Of a DNA stretch of 64,000 nucleotides, positions 1 to 9,297 are shown one piece after another (positions within the stretch are counted from its first letter, which is position 1; every line of letters starts with the position of its first letter). The notes under the pieces were generated by a model, which was given only the letters and a program-made list of their open reading frames with translations, searched no databases and was not told the origin of the DNA. Source of the DNA: Candidatus Lutacidiplasmatales archaeon (GTDB taxonomy: Archaea; Thermoplasmatota; Thermoplasmata; Lutacidiplasmatales; UBA184); the NCBI GenBank assembly GCA_044451945.1, contig JBIOKR010000002.1, positions 4,411-68,410 on the forward strand. The letters are read 5' to 3'. A program made the position numbers and the translations under genes.

Positions 1-558
1 AACTGGAGCGGTCTACCGGGGGGTTGCACCGGGACCATCCAACTTAGGCTGCTCTGCCTTCCGCCCTCCCCCGGATGGTTCAACATCAGCGCGAGCGCGA
101 CCGACGCCGCCGGTTTCAAGGTGACCCATGCGGCGCTCACGCTCCACGTCTTCACGGCGATCTCGGTCGCCCTGACGGCGAGCCCGGTGAACTCGACGTA
201 CGGGGACACCGTGACGTTCGTCGCGACGATCACCGGCGGCAGCGGTTCGCCGACGGTCGTCTGGCTCAACATGCCGCCCGGCTGCGGTGTGAACAACCAG
301 AGCACCTCGAGTTGCATCCCGGGGACGACCGGTACCTTCGAGGCGGGCGTCTACGTCTCCGACGCGGGAGGCGGCCATTCGGAGGTCAACGTCACCGTGA
401 CGATCTCCTATGCGCCCCAGGGAGGGAGCGGGGTCTCCGGCAACGGCTCGCTTTTCATCGTCGTGCTCGGCGTCGGAGCGCTCGCGGCGGCCGGCGTGGT
501 CCTCTTCCTCCGTCGCCGCCGCGCGGCACCCCCGGCTGACGCCGGGGAATCGACGTAG
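1..558 (+). CDS. Partial CDS (5' end outside window): C-terminal part of a cell-surface protein with Ig/PKD-like repeats, Gly/Ser linker and C-terminal TM anchor followed by RRRR
   Basis: Frame 1 is open from nt 1 to the stop at 558. The C-terminus reads ...GSLFIVVLGVGALAAAGVVLFLRRRR, a hydrophobic anchor plus basic tail typical of archaeal surface proteins. N-X-S/T sequons are present. Confidence 0.5.
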   Translation, partial: NWSGLPGGCTGTIQLRLLCLPPSPGWFNISASATDAAGFKVTHAALTLHVFTAISVALTASPVNSTYGDTVTFVATITGGSGSPTVVWLNMPPGCGVNNQSTSSCIPGTTGTFEAGVYVSDAGGGHSEVNVTVTISYAPQGGSGVSGNGSLFIVVLGVGALAAAGVVLFLRRRRAAPPADAGEST

Positions 559-606
559 TCGACCGCCCCCGGCACCCCCGAAGGTCGGCCGGGTGGACCG
601 AGGGGC

Positions 607-999
607 TCAGCCGGAAGGCGAGAGGGAGAACTCGTTACCATCCGGGTCGGCGAAGATGCAGTACCAGCCCCACTCCATCTTCTCCGGAGGATTGGGGAAC
701 TTGACGCCACGCTTCTTCAGGGCCGCGTACGCCTTCGGCATCGAGGTATCGACCTGGAATAAAATCCCGGTGTTTCCGGGCTCGAGCTTTCCTTTCGGGT
801 CGTACTCGCTGACCTGACAGAGATGGATGGCGAAGCCGCCGTGCCTGCGTCCGACGACCGTCCAGTGTTCGTCCTCCGTGAGGACCTTGAGCCCGAGCTT
901 CTGCGTGTACCAGCGCTTCGCCCTCTGTCGGTTCGAGACGACGACAGCGACCGTCTTCGGCGTGAGCTTCATCGAACGGCCAAGAAGCCGTTCGTACAA
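607..999 (-). CDS. VOC/glyoxalase-bleomycin resistance family protein
   Basis: 130-aa ORF with a glyoxalase-like fold signature (HGGFAIHL, DPDGNEF near the C-terminus). Confidence 0.75.
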   Translation of the reverse strand: MYERLLGRSMKLTPKTVAVVVSNRQRAKRWYTQKLGLKVLTEDEHWTVVGRRHGGFAIHLCQVSEYDPKGKLEPGNTGILFQVDTSMPKAYAALKKRGVKFPNPPEKMEWGWYCIFADPDGNEFSLSPSG

Positions 1000-1146
1000 A
1001 GGGCTTGGCGGGCGGGAAGTTGGGCCCGAGCCTACCTCGAGAGGGTCGAGCGACGATCCCGGAGCGACTCCGGCCCAGGGGAGCCCGGGGAGAGGTCGGC
1101 CACCCGCCGTGCTCCCTGTGGGGAGGTAACCCTCCTGCCCCAGAGG

Positions 1147-1154
1147 CCTTTAAT
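1147..1154 (+). promoter_or_regulatory. TATA-like box (cctttaat) for a leaderless ribA transcript
   Basis: Located 23-30 nt upstream of ATG 1177. Confidence 0.4.
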
Positions 1155-1176
1155 CGGGTGCCCGGGTGGGAATCCC

Positions 1177-1890
1177 ATGCGCCTCCCCTCCGAGACGGTC
1201 CGCCAGCTCCTCAAGGAGAACGAGGAGCACTCCTGCCCGGATTCCCCCGAGATCTGCGTCCGGCTGATGGCGCTCGCCGACCTGCCGTCTCGCTTCGGGG
1301 AGTTCCAGATCGCCTCGTTCTGGAACAACTTTGACAAGAAGGAGCATGCCGCCGTCATCCACGGCAACATCCTCGACCGGGAGGACGTCGCGGTCCGCAT
1401 CCACTCCGAATGCCTCACGGGGGATGCGCTCGGCTCGCTGCGCTGCGACTGCCGAGACCAGCTTATCGAGTCGCTCGAAAGGATCGGCCGGATGGACCAC
1501 GGCCTCGTGCTCTACCTTCGGCAGGAGGGCCGTGGCATCGGCTTCACGAACAAGATCCGCGCCTACCAGCTTCAGGACGCCGGCTTTGACACCGTCCAAG
1601 CGAACGAACTGCTCGGCTTCAAGCCGGACGAGCGGGACTACGGGATCGCGGCGCACATCCTCGCTTCGCTGCACGTGAAGTCGATCCAGATCCTGACGAA
1701 CAACCCGGACAAGATCCGGGACCTCCAGTCGCACGGTGTGAAGATCAACGGGAGGATCCCGGTCGTCGTCCCGCCGAACCAGCACGACCGGCCGTACCTC
1801 GAGACGAAGGCGCGCAAGATGGGCCACCTGCTCGAGCTCGAGCAGCAGGACGATCTTTTCGTCCCGTCGGCAAAGAAGGCGAGCTCCTAG
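1177..1890 (+). CDS. ribA: GTP cyclohydrolase II (riboflavin biosynthesis)
   Basis: RIHSECLTGDALGSLRCDCRDQL matches the RibA zinc/GTP motif (E. coli VHSECLTGDA..SLRCDCG.QL). ATG at 1177 chosen inside ORF 823..1890. A TATA-like 'cctttaat' lies about 25 nt upstream, consistent with a leaderless transcript. Confidence 0.8.
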   Translation: MRLPSETVRQLLKENEEHSCPDSPEICVRLMALADLPSRFGEFQIASFWNNFDKKEHAAVIHGNILDREDVAVRIHSECLTGDALGSLRCDCRDQLIESLERIGRMDHGLVLYLRQEGRGIGFTNKIRAYQLQDAGFDTVQANELLGFKPDERDYGIAAHILASLHVKSIQILTNNPDKIRDLQSHGVKINGRIPVVVPPNQHDRPYLETKARKMGHLLELEQQDDLFVPSAKKASS

Positions 1891-1940
1891 GCCGCCTGAG
1901 GGTCGGCGAGGCTCGGGCGACCACTCTCGGGAAGCTCTTC

Positions 1941-2786
1941 ATGCGCGCGGTGGACCGTTCCCGGATGCGGGCGAACCTCGGGAAGTGGGACGAGAGCGTA
2001 CCCCACCACGTCGCTTCCCGGCTCTACCAGGTGCCCGCATTCCGACGCGGGCGCGACACGCTCAACTCGATCGAGGTGGCCGCGGTCGGCCCGGTGCGCG
2101 GCCTCTCCCTCCTCCACCTGCAATGCCACTTCGGCCTCGACACGCTCTCCTGGGCCCGCCGCGGCGCGAAGGTGACGGGAGTCGATTTCTCCCCGACGGC
2201 GGTCGTGACCGCCCGGACCCTCGCCCAGGAGACCGGGATCCCTGCCCGCTTTGTCGAGTCGAACATCTACGATCTTCCGAAGCGTCTCAAGGGAAGCTTC
2301 GACGTCGTCTACACGGCGAAGGGGGCGCTCTGCTGGCTCCCGGACCTCGACGCGTGGGGGCGAGTGGTGGCCCACTTCCTCAAGCCGGGCGGCCGGTTCT
2401 TCGTGCTGGACGACCATTCGGCCGCGGACATCTACCGCAACGAGCGGGAGACCCGCGCCTGGGAGCTCGAGGGCTCGTACTTCTCCCGGGAGCCGTTCCG
2501 CGAGGAGTCCGACGGGACGTACGCCGTCGCCCACGCGCCGTTCAAAAACAAGGTGAGCTACAGCTGGGTGCACCCGGTCTCGGAGGTCATCACGGCCCTC
2601 CTCCGGGCGGGGCTCGTCCTCGAGGAGTTCCGGGAGTTCCCCTACTCGTACTGGAAGAAGTTCTCCTTCATGCGGAAGGGCGCCGACGGATACTACCACC
2701 TCACCCTGGAGGAGGGGCGGGCGCCCCTCATGTTCTCCGTGACGGCGGTTCGTCCCGGCGGGCGGATGCGGGCCGGCCGCCGCTAG
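1941..2786 (+). CDS. Class I SAM-dependent methyltransferase
   Basis: Rossmann-type methyltransferase architecture (GAKVTGVDFSP; FDVVYTAKGALCWLPDLDAWGRVVAHFLKPGGRFFV). Confidence 0.7.
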   Translation: MRAVDRSRMRANLGKWDESVPHHVASRLYQVPAFRRGRDTLNSIEVAAVGPVRGLSLLHLQCHFGLDTLSWARRGAKVTGVDFSPTAVVTARTLAQETGIPARFVESNIYDLPKRLKGSFDVVYTAKGALCWLPDLDAWGRVVAHFLKPGGRFFVLDDHSAADIYRNERETRAWELEGSYFSREPFREESDGTYAVAHAPFKNKVSYSWVHPVSEVITALLRAGLVLEEFREFPYSYWKKFSFMRKGADGYYHLTLEEGRAPLMFSVTAVRPGGRMRAGRR

Positions 2787-2823
2787 CGGCCGGGGTATTG
2801 CGCCCCGCGGCCCCTTGGGCGGC

Positions 2824-3483
2824 CTAGAATCCGAGGTTCTCCTTCACCAGGACCATCGTGATCCGTCCCGGCTGGAACTCCTTTCCGATCACGAGCAGTT
2901 TCGCCAGCGCGCTGCCTCGGCCGTACGCCTTCTGGGCCCTGGCATCCTCCCGGGGGAACGTGTACTCCTGCACCCGGCGGACCCCCGTTTCAAGGTCCGG
3001 GACGATCTTCTGCGTGCCGACCACCCAGATCACCTTGCCCGCCCCGTAAACGTACGGGCCGAGCTGGCTTCCCGAAGCGGAGGCGACGACGACCTGCCCA
3101 TGCTCGGTGACCGCGTGGACGCTTCCGACAACGAACGCCGGCGCTGCGCCGATCTTTCTCTGCTCGTCCATCTTTCCTTCCTGGTAGAGCTTCATCAGGC
3201 GCGGACGAACCGCGTCGAACCTCGCCACATCGGAAAGGTCGGCGGATAGGCCGACGGCCTCGAGCGTCTGGGAGGAGGCGGCGAGCACCTCGGCACCCTT
3301 CGGCAGCAGCTCCAGGACGACGGTGCGCGCCGCCGCCCGGTCGGGGACGACGATCGCGTGGATGCCGTTCGCCTCCAACGCCTGAATGGTGCGCTCGACC
3401 TGCTCCTGCGAGGCGAGCTCCCCAAACGCGGCAGTTGGGCTCTCCGGGGCGGGAGGGGTGAGCGCGATCGGTCCGAGGCGCAT
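2824..3483 (-). CDS. LUD-domain (LutC-like, DUF162) protein
   Basis: 220 aa resembling the lactate-utilisation LutC/YkgG family. Start taken at MRLGPIAL; the ORF itself extends to 3513. Confidence 0.6.
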   Translation of the reverse strand: MRLGPIALTPPAPESPTAAFGELASQEQVERTIQALEANGIHAIVVPDRAAARTVVLELLPKGAEVLAASSQTLEAVGLSADLSDVARFDAVRPRLMKLYQEGKMDEQRKIGAAPAFVVGSVHAVTEHGQVVVASASGSQLGPYVYGAGKVIWVVGTQKIVPDLETGVRRVQEYTFPREDARAQKAYGRGSALAKLLVIGKEFQPGRITMVLVKENLGF

Positions 3484-3650
3484 GGGTCCGGGTCGAGAGG
3501 AAGCCGCTGACATCGTTCATTGCTATACATTTGGAAGTATTTATGTGGCCAGTAACGGCGACGTACGTCGCTTCCATGATCGGTAGCGACCTCCGGTCAA
3601 TGGCAATCCGTCCGGTCGGAATGGAAAGTTAAAATGCTATCAATGGTATA

Positions 3651-4082
3651 GTGTCAGGTGGGGTAACGATGTCGAGCCCGTCGAGCCCGGCGGCCCGCCG
3701 GGGCGTGGGAGGATCCCTGCCCGGCTCGCCCGCTGGCTGCCCGGTAGGCGAACTGTTCGCCATGCTCGGCCAGCCCCACATGCTGAGGATCCTGCACACC
3801 TTCGGCGAGCAGGGCGGACGTCCGGTCCGGTTCCGGGAACTCGAAACGAAGCTCTCCCTCTCTCCGAGAACTCTGAGCGGGCGGCTTCGGACGCTGGTCG
3901 AGGCCGGCTTGCTGACGCGGACCGCCTACGGTGAGGTCCCGCCGCGGGTCGAGTACGCCCTCACGCCCAAGGCGATCGACCTCGGTCACCTCTTCGACGA
4001 AATGGAGGCGTGGGCGCGCCGCAACACGCTCACGGCCGTCTCCTCGATCACCCGCACCGGCCCGACGAAGGCGAGCGCCTGA
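3651..4082 (+). CDS. HxlR-family winged-helix transcriptional regulator
   Basis: HMLRILHTFGEQGGRPVRFRELETKLSLSPRTLSGRLRTLVEAGLLTRTAYGEVPPRVEYALTPKA is the HxlR wHTH core. Transcribed divergently from the LUD gene across an AT-rich spacer. Confidence 0.75.
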   Translation: MSGGVTMSSPSSPAARRGVGGSLPGSPAGCPVGELFAMLGQPHMLRILHTFGEQGGRPVRFRELETKLSLSPRTLSGRLRTLVEAGLLTRTAYGEVPPRVEYALTPKAIDLGHLFDEMEAWARRNTLTAVSSITRTGPTKASA

Positions 4083-4295
4083 CGAGGTCGCGCCCCGCCA
4101 CGCCCCGACTCGGGTGGGGCCGGACGCAGGACTCCTCGCTTTCGCCCTGCCGGAAGGGACGGAGTCACCGTGGACCCACGGGGCCACCGGGAACTCGGGT
4201 ATCTGCATCTTATCATCATGGATTCCCTCTCCCCACGGACGGCCGGGCCGGGAGCCTAGAGAATGGGATGCCCGTGCTGGCCGGGGAGAAACAGT

Positions 4296-5165
4296 ATGGG
4301 AGGAACCACGGGCATGGGACGAGAGAGGACCGGCAACCGATTCTGGGGTCGGGCGGGGCTGACCGGAGGCACCTTGGCGGTCGTCGTCGTCATGGCACTC
4401 GGCTTTTCCGGCGTCGCGGCCGCGCACGCCCACCCAGCGTTCACCGCCCCCTACAAGGGGACGGTATCGGCTTCGAACACGCTGGGAACCAACGGATGCG
4501 CGAGCGCGAAGGTCGTCCAGGGGGCCCACTTCAAGCTCTTGACGGGAGTCGGCGGGTTTGAGGACTCCGCCAAGGCGAACTGGTGTTCCGCGGCGGCGAT
4601 CCCACCCATCACGGAGAGCTTCGCGGAGGCGGTCAGCGAGTTCCAGGTCGGCCTGAAGGTCGTCGCGCCGACGACCGGCGCCCACTCGGTCGCGGCGAAG
4701 CTGTCGTTCAAGGATTCGTGGAGCCAGTCGTTGACGGTCTCCGCCTGCGCCTCCACGACGGTCTACTCGGCCTGCTACCAGATCGCGGAGGTGTACGCTT
4801 CCGCGTGCGGTCAGCTCTACGACCTCACGAACGGGAGCATCATTTCCGCGTCGTACTGCTCGTTCTATCAGCTGAACATGACGTACAACTACAGCGACTG
4901 CTTCAACAACACCTGCTCCGCCTACGGCGGAGGGGGTGCGGGCAGTGGTTCCGGTATCACCTCCGGTGTGATCATGGTCAACGGCACGCTGATCTCAACC
5001 CACGTCTACGTTCTCGAGCTGCAGGTCTACGGTTTCGCCGCCGTCGAATCGTACTCCTACAACACGACGATGGTCGGCACGTCCTCGGGGGCCGCCGTCA
5101 TCAACTTCAACACGAACTCGCCGCCGGGAAACTACGCGAAGCTCGCGTCGGTCACCGTCACGTAG
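4296..5165 (+). CDS. Secreted cysteine-rich protein with signal peptide and multiple N-glycosylation sequons; paralog of 56129..57187
   Basis: N-terminus ...GGTLAVVVVMALGFSGVAAAHA is a signal peptide. There are more than 10 Cys and many N-X-S/T sites. It shares the PYxG...GCA(S/T)xK...A.F pattern with the 56129 protein. The start could also be 4263 or 4314. Confidence 0.55.
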   Translation: MGGTTGMGRERTGNRFWGRAGLTGGTLAVVVVMALGFSGVAAAHAHPAFTAPYKGTVSASNTLGTNGCASAKVVQGAHFKLLTGVGGFEDSAKANWCSAAAIPPITESFAEAVSEFQVGLKVVAPTTGAHSVAAKLSFKDSWSQSLTVSACASTTVYSACYQIAEVYASACGQLYDLTNGSIISASYCSFYQLNMTYNYSDCFNNTCSAYGGGGAGSGSGITSGVIMVNGTLISTHVYVLELQVYGFAAVESYSYNTTMVGTSSGAAVINFNTNSPPGNYAKLASVTVT

Positions 5166-5307
5166 GCGACCGACCGCCGGGCGGGGGTCCGACCCCTCGC
5201 CCGGCGAACCCATTCGCCCCGGTCGGGCCCGCGCCCGAGCCCTGATTCCGGCCTTATTTACCCCGCCAGCGTGCGGTGGCTCCCGCGGCCCACGCCGTAA
5301 ATCTCAC

Positions 5308-6981
5308 ATGAATCCTGCGGAGGAGACACCCCAGTCGGAGGTCGTAGGGTCGCCTCCCCGGCGCCCGGGGAGTGCTCGCCGACGGCCTGCGGGCCGTACG
5401 GGAGCGCGGTGGGGCCCGTTCCTGATGGCCGTCGCGGTTGCCGGCCTGCTGGCTGCATCGGCCCTAGCGTACCCGGGCGAATCACCCCGTCCCCGACCTG
5501 CCTCCCCACGTTCCGTTCTCACCGCCGCTCCGGCCGCATCCGGCGATCTTCTGACGGGCGGGCCGCTCGTGGCGGTGACTCCGAGCACCTTTTGGTCGAC
5601 CGACCTCAAGACGAACAACTCGAGCGGGATCTGGACCGACCCGCACGTCGGGGCGTTCCTCAACCAGACGCCGTTCGACTGGTCGCGCTACGGCACCTGG
5701 ACCGAGGAGTGCAACATCTCCTCCGACATCCAATACGGGCCGAACGGTTCCCAGCGGATTCCGTGCGCCTACAATCTGACCGCCTTCAAGCTCTGGTGCC
5801 TCTCGAGGAGCCCCCGGTGCCACGTGATCATGCCCCTCCCCGGGGAGAACAACAACTCCCGTGAGGACGCATCCATCGCGAAATTCATCGTGAAGACCCT
5901 CGGGTTCCAGCCGGACTACTTCTCCGTGGGGAACGAGCCCGACCTCTGGAAGCACTACGGCATCCCGTGGGCGAACTGGTCGTACCTCGACCACCGGCGC
6001 CCCACCCCTCTCGCCTACGCGATCGACCTCAGGAACGCCATCGGGGCGGTGCGCGCCGTCGACCCATCCGCCCGATTCGTCGGGATCGAGGCGACCTGCT
6101 CGTGCGACAGCTACCAGATCGGCCAGGTCCTGCATGTCGACGGTCCGAACATCTCAGCGGTCGCCTACCACTCCTACCCGTACCGGTCCACCGTCACCCC
6201 CACCCTCCAGAAGTTCCTCGACCCCCTCGTGGGCGCCGGGAACGTCACGAGCACCTACCAGCACGTCCGGGCGGCGGTGAACCGGCAGTGCCCGAGCTGC
6301 TCGGGCCTCCCGGTCTTCTTGAACGAGTTCAACGCAGGCCCCGGATGGACCCCCTCGGTGTTCAACGGGACGTACGCGAACGCGCTGTTCCTGGCCGCCT
6401 CGTCGATCCAGGCGCTCCGGGCAAACGTGAGCCAGTTCACGATCTTCAGCCTGCAGAGCAACCAGACGAGCTTCGGCTACTCGATGATGAACGGGACGAG
6501 CTCGGTGGGCCCGACCGGCCTGCTGTTCAGCCGCCTCATCGACCACCTGGCGATGGGGAGCGTCTATGCGACGCACATCGTCACGAACGTCCCGAGCGTC
6601 TGGTCGGTCCTGACGGAGAACTCGAGCAAGGCGAGCCTGTTCGTGGTGAACGCCAACCTCACTCGGACCGTCCACCTCCATCTTTCGCCCCTGATCCTGA
6701 ATGGGACGACCGGTGACGTCTACACGTGGGACCCCGGGAACGCATCGCCCAAGGTCGTCCACGGAAAGATCGCCGGGAGCTACGACGTTCCCCCGGAAGG
6801 CATGCTCCTCGTGCTGGTTTCACCGAAGGCGATCCATGGGCCCTCGCCCCACCCGGCGGCGACGATCGCCGTCAACCCCGTGCCCGCGGTCGACCGCGAA
6901 CCCCGGAGCCCGACTGGGAACGGCCCGCCGCGGGCGGCGCTCCCCCCCTTCGCGAGGACCGCACGGATGGAAGACCCCTAG
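5308..6981 (+). CDS. Secreted clan GH-A glycoside hydrolase-like glycoprotein
   Basis: Hydrophobic signal region (FLMAVAVAGLLAASALA). FSVGNEPDLW is a GH-A 'NEP' acid/base motif and LNEFN is a candidate nucleophile region. About 20 N-X-S/T sequons. Confidence 0.55.
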   Translation: MNPAEETPQSEVVGSPPRRPGSARRRPAGRTGARWGPFLMAVAVAGLLAASALAYPGESPRPRPASPRSVLTAAPAASGDLLTGGPLVAVTPSTFWSTDLKTNNSSGIWTDPHVGAFLNQTPFDWSRYGTWTEECNISSDIQYGPNGSQRIPCAYNLTAFKLWCLSRSPRCHVIMPLPGENNNSREDASIAKFIVKTLGFQPDYFSVGNEPDLWKHYGIPWANWSYLDHRRPTPLAYAIDLRNAIGAVRAVDPSARFVGIEATCSCDSYQIGQVLHVDGPNISAVAYHSYPYRSTVTPTLQKFLDPLVGAGNVTSTYQHVRAAVNRQCPSCSGLPVFLNEFNAGPGWTPSVFNGTYANALFLAASSIQALRANVSQFTIFSLQSNQTSFGYSMMNGTSSVGPTGLLFSRLIDHLAMGSVYATHIVTNVPSVWSVLTENSSKASLFVVNANLTRTVHLHLSPLILNGTTGDVYTWDPGNASPKVVHGKIAGSYDVPPEGMLLVLVSPKAIHGPSPHPAATIAVNPVPAVDREPRSPTGNGPPRAALPPFARTARMEDP

Positions 6982-7032
6982 GGCTCCACCGACCGAATCG
7001 ACGATCTGCTTGGGTAAGCGGGTGCGAACCGC

Positions 7033-8145
7033 CTACGCACGGCTGGGGCGCCGGGCGAGGAGCACCCGGCCGCCGGTCGGGGCGGTCGTCTCCGGTTCCA
7101 CCGCCCGATTGACGGTGGTCTCGTTGATCACCACGAGCAGCGCGTGCCCGGTACCGAGCTCGGATAGGATCCGCTGGAATCGGGCCGCGTTCTCCCGGTC
7201 TCGGGAGCGTCCGATGAGCGAGCCGGAGAGCTCCGCGAGCTCCTGGGTCGCCGCGTGGACCCCCTCGAGGGCGTCGTCGGCCTCGCTCGCCGAGTTCGAG
7301 CTGAAAGCGCGCATCGTCGCCGTGAGCGTCGAGCTGAACCGGACGAGGAGTTGGCGGATCTCCTCGGCGTCCTTTCCCCGGGGGAGCTCGGCCGCCAGCT
7401 CCCGCCCGATCTTGGCGATCAGGTCCGCGATCACCTCGAGCATCTTGGCGACGAGCCGGTAGCCCATCTGGTAGTGGTGGCTCTGGACCCCGATCTCCCG
7501 TGCGATCTCGTGATCGTTGGCGGCCAGGAGGAGCTGGCGGGCCATCAGGAGGTAGAACCGGTCGACCTCCTCCTCGATGTTCGGGAGTTGACCGAGTAGC
7601 TGGGGGTCTGCGGTCTCGAGAGAGCGGGAGCAGACCTCGAGCTCGAGCTCGATCATGCGGACGACGCGGCTCTGCAGGCTCGAGAGCCGATGCTTGCTCG
7701 CATCGAGGAAGACCCGCACCTCGAGACGACGGGGCTCCTCCTCCACGAGGCTCATGCCGAGGATGCGGTGGGCGACCTCGGCGACCTTGGCGCGGACCTC
7801 GGGGGAGAGGTCGCTGCGGGCGGTGATCAGGATGCGGTCGTTGCCGGTGATGTACGCCCCGATGAGGAGTCTCGGAAGCAAGCTGGGCGTCGCGTCGCTC
7901 GCGTCGATCTGAAGGATCTTGAGATGCTCGGGGGAAGTGGCGCGCCCGGTCGCGATGGACAGCTCGAGGCGACCGTCGCCCAGGTCCCTGAGCTCGATCG
8001 GAGTCCCGGTCACTACCCCATGAGAACCGGTCCACGCCTTCGGGAGGGTGACGGCAAGCGAAGTGCGGCCGGTCCTCTGCACCCTTCGGACGTTCGTCTC
8101 TTGTTCCTTCGAAGGGAGCTCCGCGGCTTCGCTGGCGAGCATCAC
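7033..8145 (-). CDS. AbrB/SpoVT-PhoU fusion regulator (phosphate uptake regulator-like), paralog 1
   Basis: N-terminal swapped-hairpin motif RRVQRTGRTSLAVTLPKAW, followed by two PhoU-like helical repeats. Confidence 0.8.
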   Translation of the reverse strand: MMLASEAAELPSKEQETNVRRVQRTGRTSLAVTLPKAWTGSHGVVTGTPIELRDLGDGRLELSIATGRATSPEHLKILQIDASDATPSLLPRLLIGAYITGNDRILITARSDLSPEVRAKVAEVAHRILGMSLVEEEPRRLEVRVFLDASKHRLSSLQSRVVRMIELELEVCSRSLETADPQLLGQLPNIEEEVDRFYLLMARQLLLAANDHEIAREIGVQSHHYQMGYRLVAKMLEVIADLIAKIGRELAAELPRGKDAEEIRQLLVRFSSTLTATMRAFSSNSASEADDALEGVHAATQELAELSGSLIGRSRDRENAARFQRILSELGTGHALLVVINETTVNRAVEPETTAPTGGRVLLARRPSRA

Positions 8146-8376
8146 GGGGAACTTCCCGGTCCAGAGAATAAGGAGCAGGTCAGGCGGAGTTGACGAGGTG
8201 GTTACTCCCTGGGCTCCTTGCGCTCCTTACGCCAAGGAGGGTACCCACTTGCCACCCCTCTCCCTAATCCTCCCCAAGGAGGCGACCATGGAGACAACTC
8301 TGAGCCGAGGGGCCGAGACGCAGCCGAACGCACTAGGAGGGGGCCGATAGGCCGACCTTCCGAGGAGAAGAGACCG

Positions 8377-9153
8377 ATGTTTATCGATAACCTCGCCCTG
8401 ACCGAAGCGCTCCTACTCTTCGCCGCCGCCGTGCTCACGTACGTGGGGCTCACCGCCTGGTGGGCGATGCGAAAGAACGATGTCGAAAAGGTGAAGGCGG
8501 CGATCCGAGGCGGCGCGGGCCCCGTCGGGGCGGTCGGCGTCACCGCGGTCGTACTAGGCTTCTGGTCGGAAATGGTGTGGCCGTACCCTTCGGTGATGGG
8601 CGGCTACAACATCCTGTTCAACGACATCACGGTCGTCTTCGGCATCGTGATGGTGTCGTTCGCGGCCGTGGCGTACCTCCACCTACGCCTGCAGTACGTC
8701 GGGGTCCTGGCGTTCATGGCCGGGGCCGTGACCGTGCTCTACGGATGGACCGCCTACGGATTCCACTACACCAAAGAGCCGTTCGACTTCCTCCTCCTCT
8801 ACCTGGGATTCGGAGCCGCGGGGATCTTCTCGCTGCCGGCCACGGCGATCGTGGACCACTACCTCGAGAACGTCTCGAAGAGCGACACCCTCTGGCGCAC
8901 CGACTCGAGCAGCGTTTCGACCCGCCGGTTCCTCGGGATCCGGGCGGTCGCCAAGTTCGCCGGTTCCACCACCTCTAACGACAGCGAGGCTTCGGGAGAC
9001 GGAGGCGCTCCCAAGCTCGCGTTCCGGATGCCGCTGTACTACCACGTGATCCTGCTGGCGTTCCCCCTGTTCATGGCGCTTGCCGGCTTCGCCGCGTGGT
9101 GGTTCCTCGGCACCACGATCCCGGGTCATTTGACCCCGGGACAGACCCCCTGA
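8377..9153 (+). CDS. Multi-pass membrane protein (archaeal DUF981-like), paralog 1
   Basis: ATG 8377 inside ORF 8218..9153. About 6 TM helices. Paralogous to 26973..27707, sharing TAYGFHYT/TAWYGYWGYT and a C-terminal PGHLT motif. The DUF981 family name is recalled, not verified. Confidence 0.65.
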   Translation: MFIDNLALTEALLLFAAAVLTYVGLTAWWAMRKNDVEKVKAAIRGGAGPVGAVGVTAVVLGFWSEMVWPYPSVMGGYNILFNDITVVFGIVMVSFAAVAYLHLRLQYVGVLAFMAGAVTVLYGWTAYGFHYTKEPFDFLLLYLGFGAAGIFSLPATAIVDHYLENVSKSDTLWRTDSSSVSTRRFLGIRAVAKFAGSTTSNDSEASGDGGAPKLAFRMPLYYHVILLAFPLFMALAGFAAWWFLGTTIPGHLTPGQTP

Positions 9154-9297
9154 CCCGCCTCCTCGGCGGTAGCGTCCGGTGGTCCCAGCTGCCGTCAGCC
9201 CACTCTCCCCGGGCCACCCCGGGGGACCTGAGCCGGTCCCCCGGACCCTCCCGGGGAGGGTGGGCGGCCACCAACCATTTCCTTGACCTTGAAACTC

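Noticed and set aside
1150-2699. Minus-strand ORFs 1150..1827 and 1887..2699
   Set aside because: Antisense to ribA and the SAM methyltransferase; no motifs, biased composition.
6872-8035. 387-aa minus-strand ORF full of R/G/P/D
   Set aside because: Overlaps the AbrB-PhoU gene in another frame; compositional artefact.
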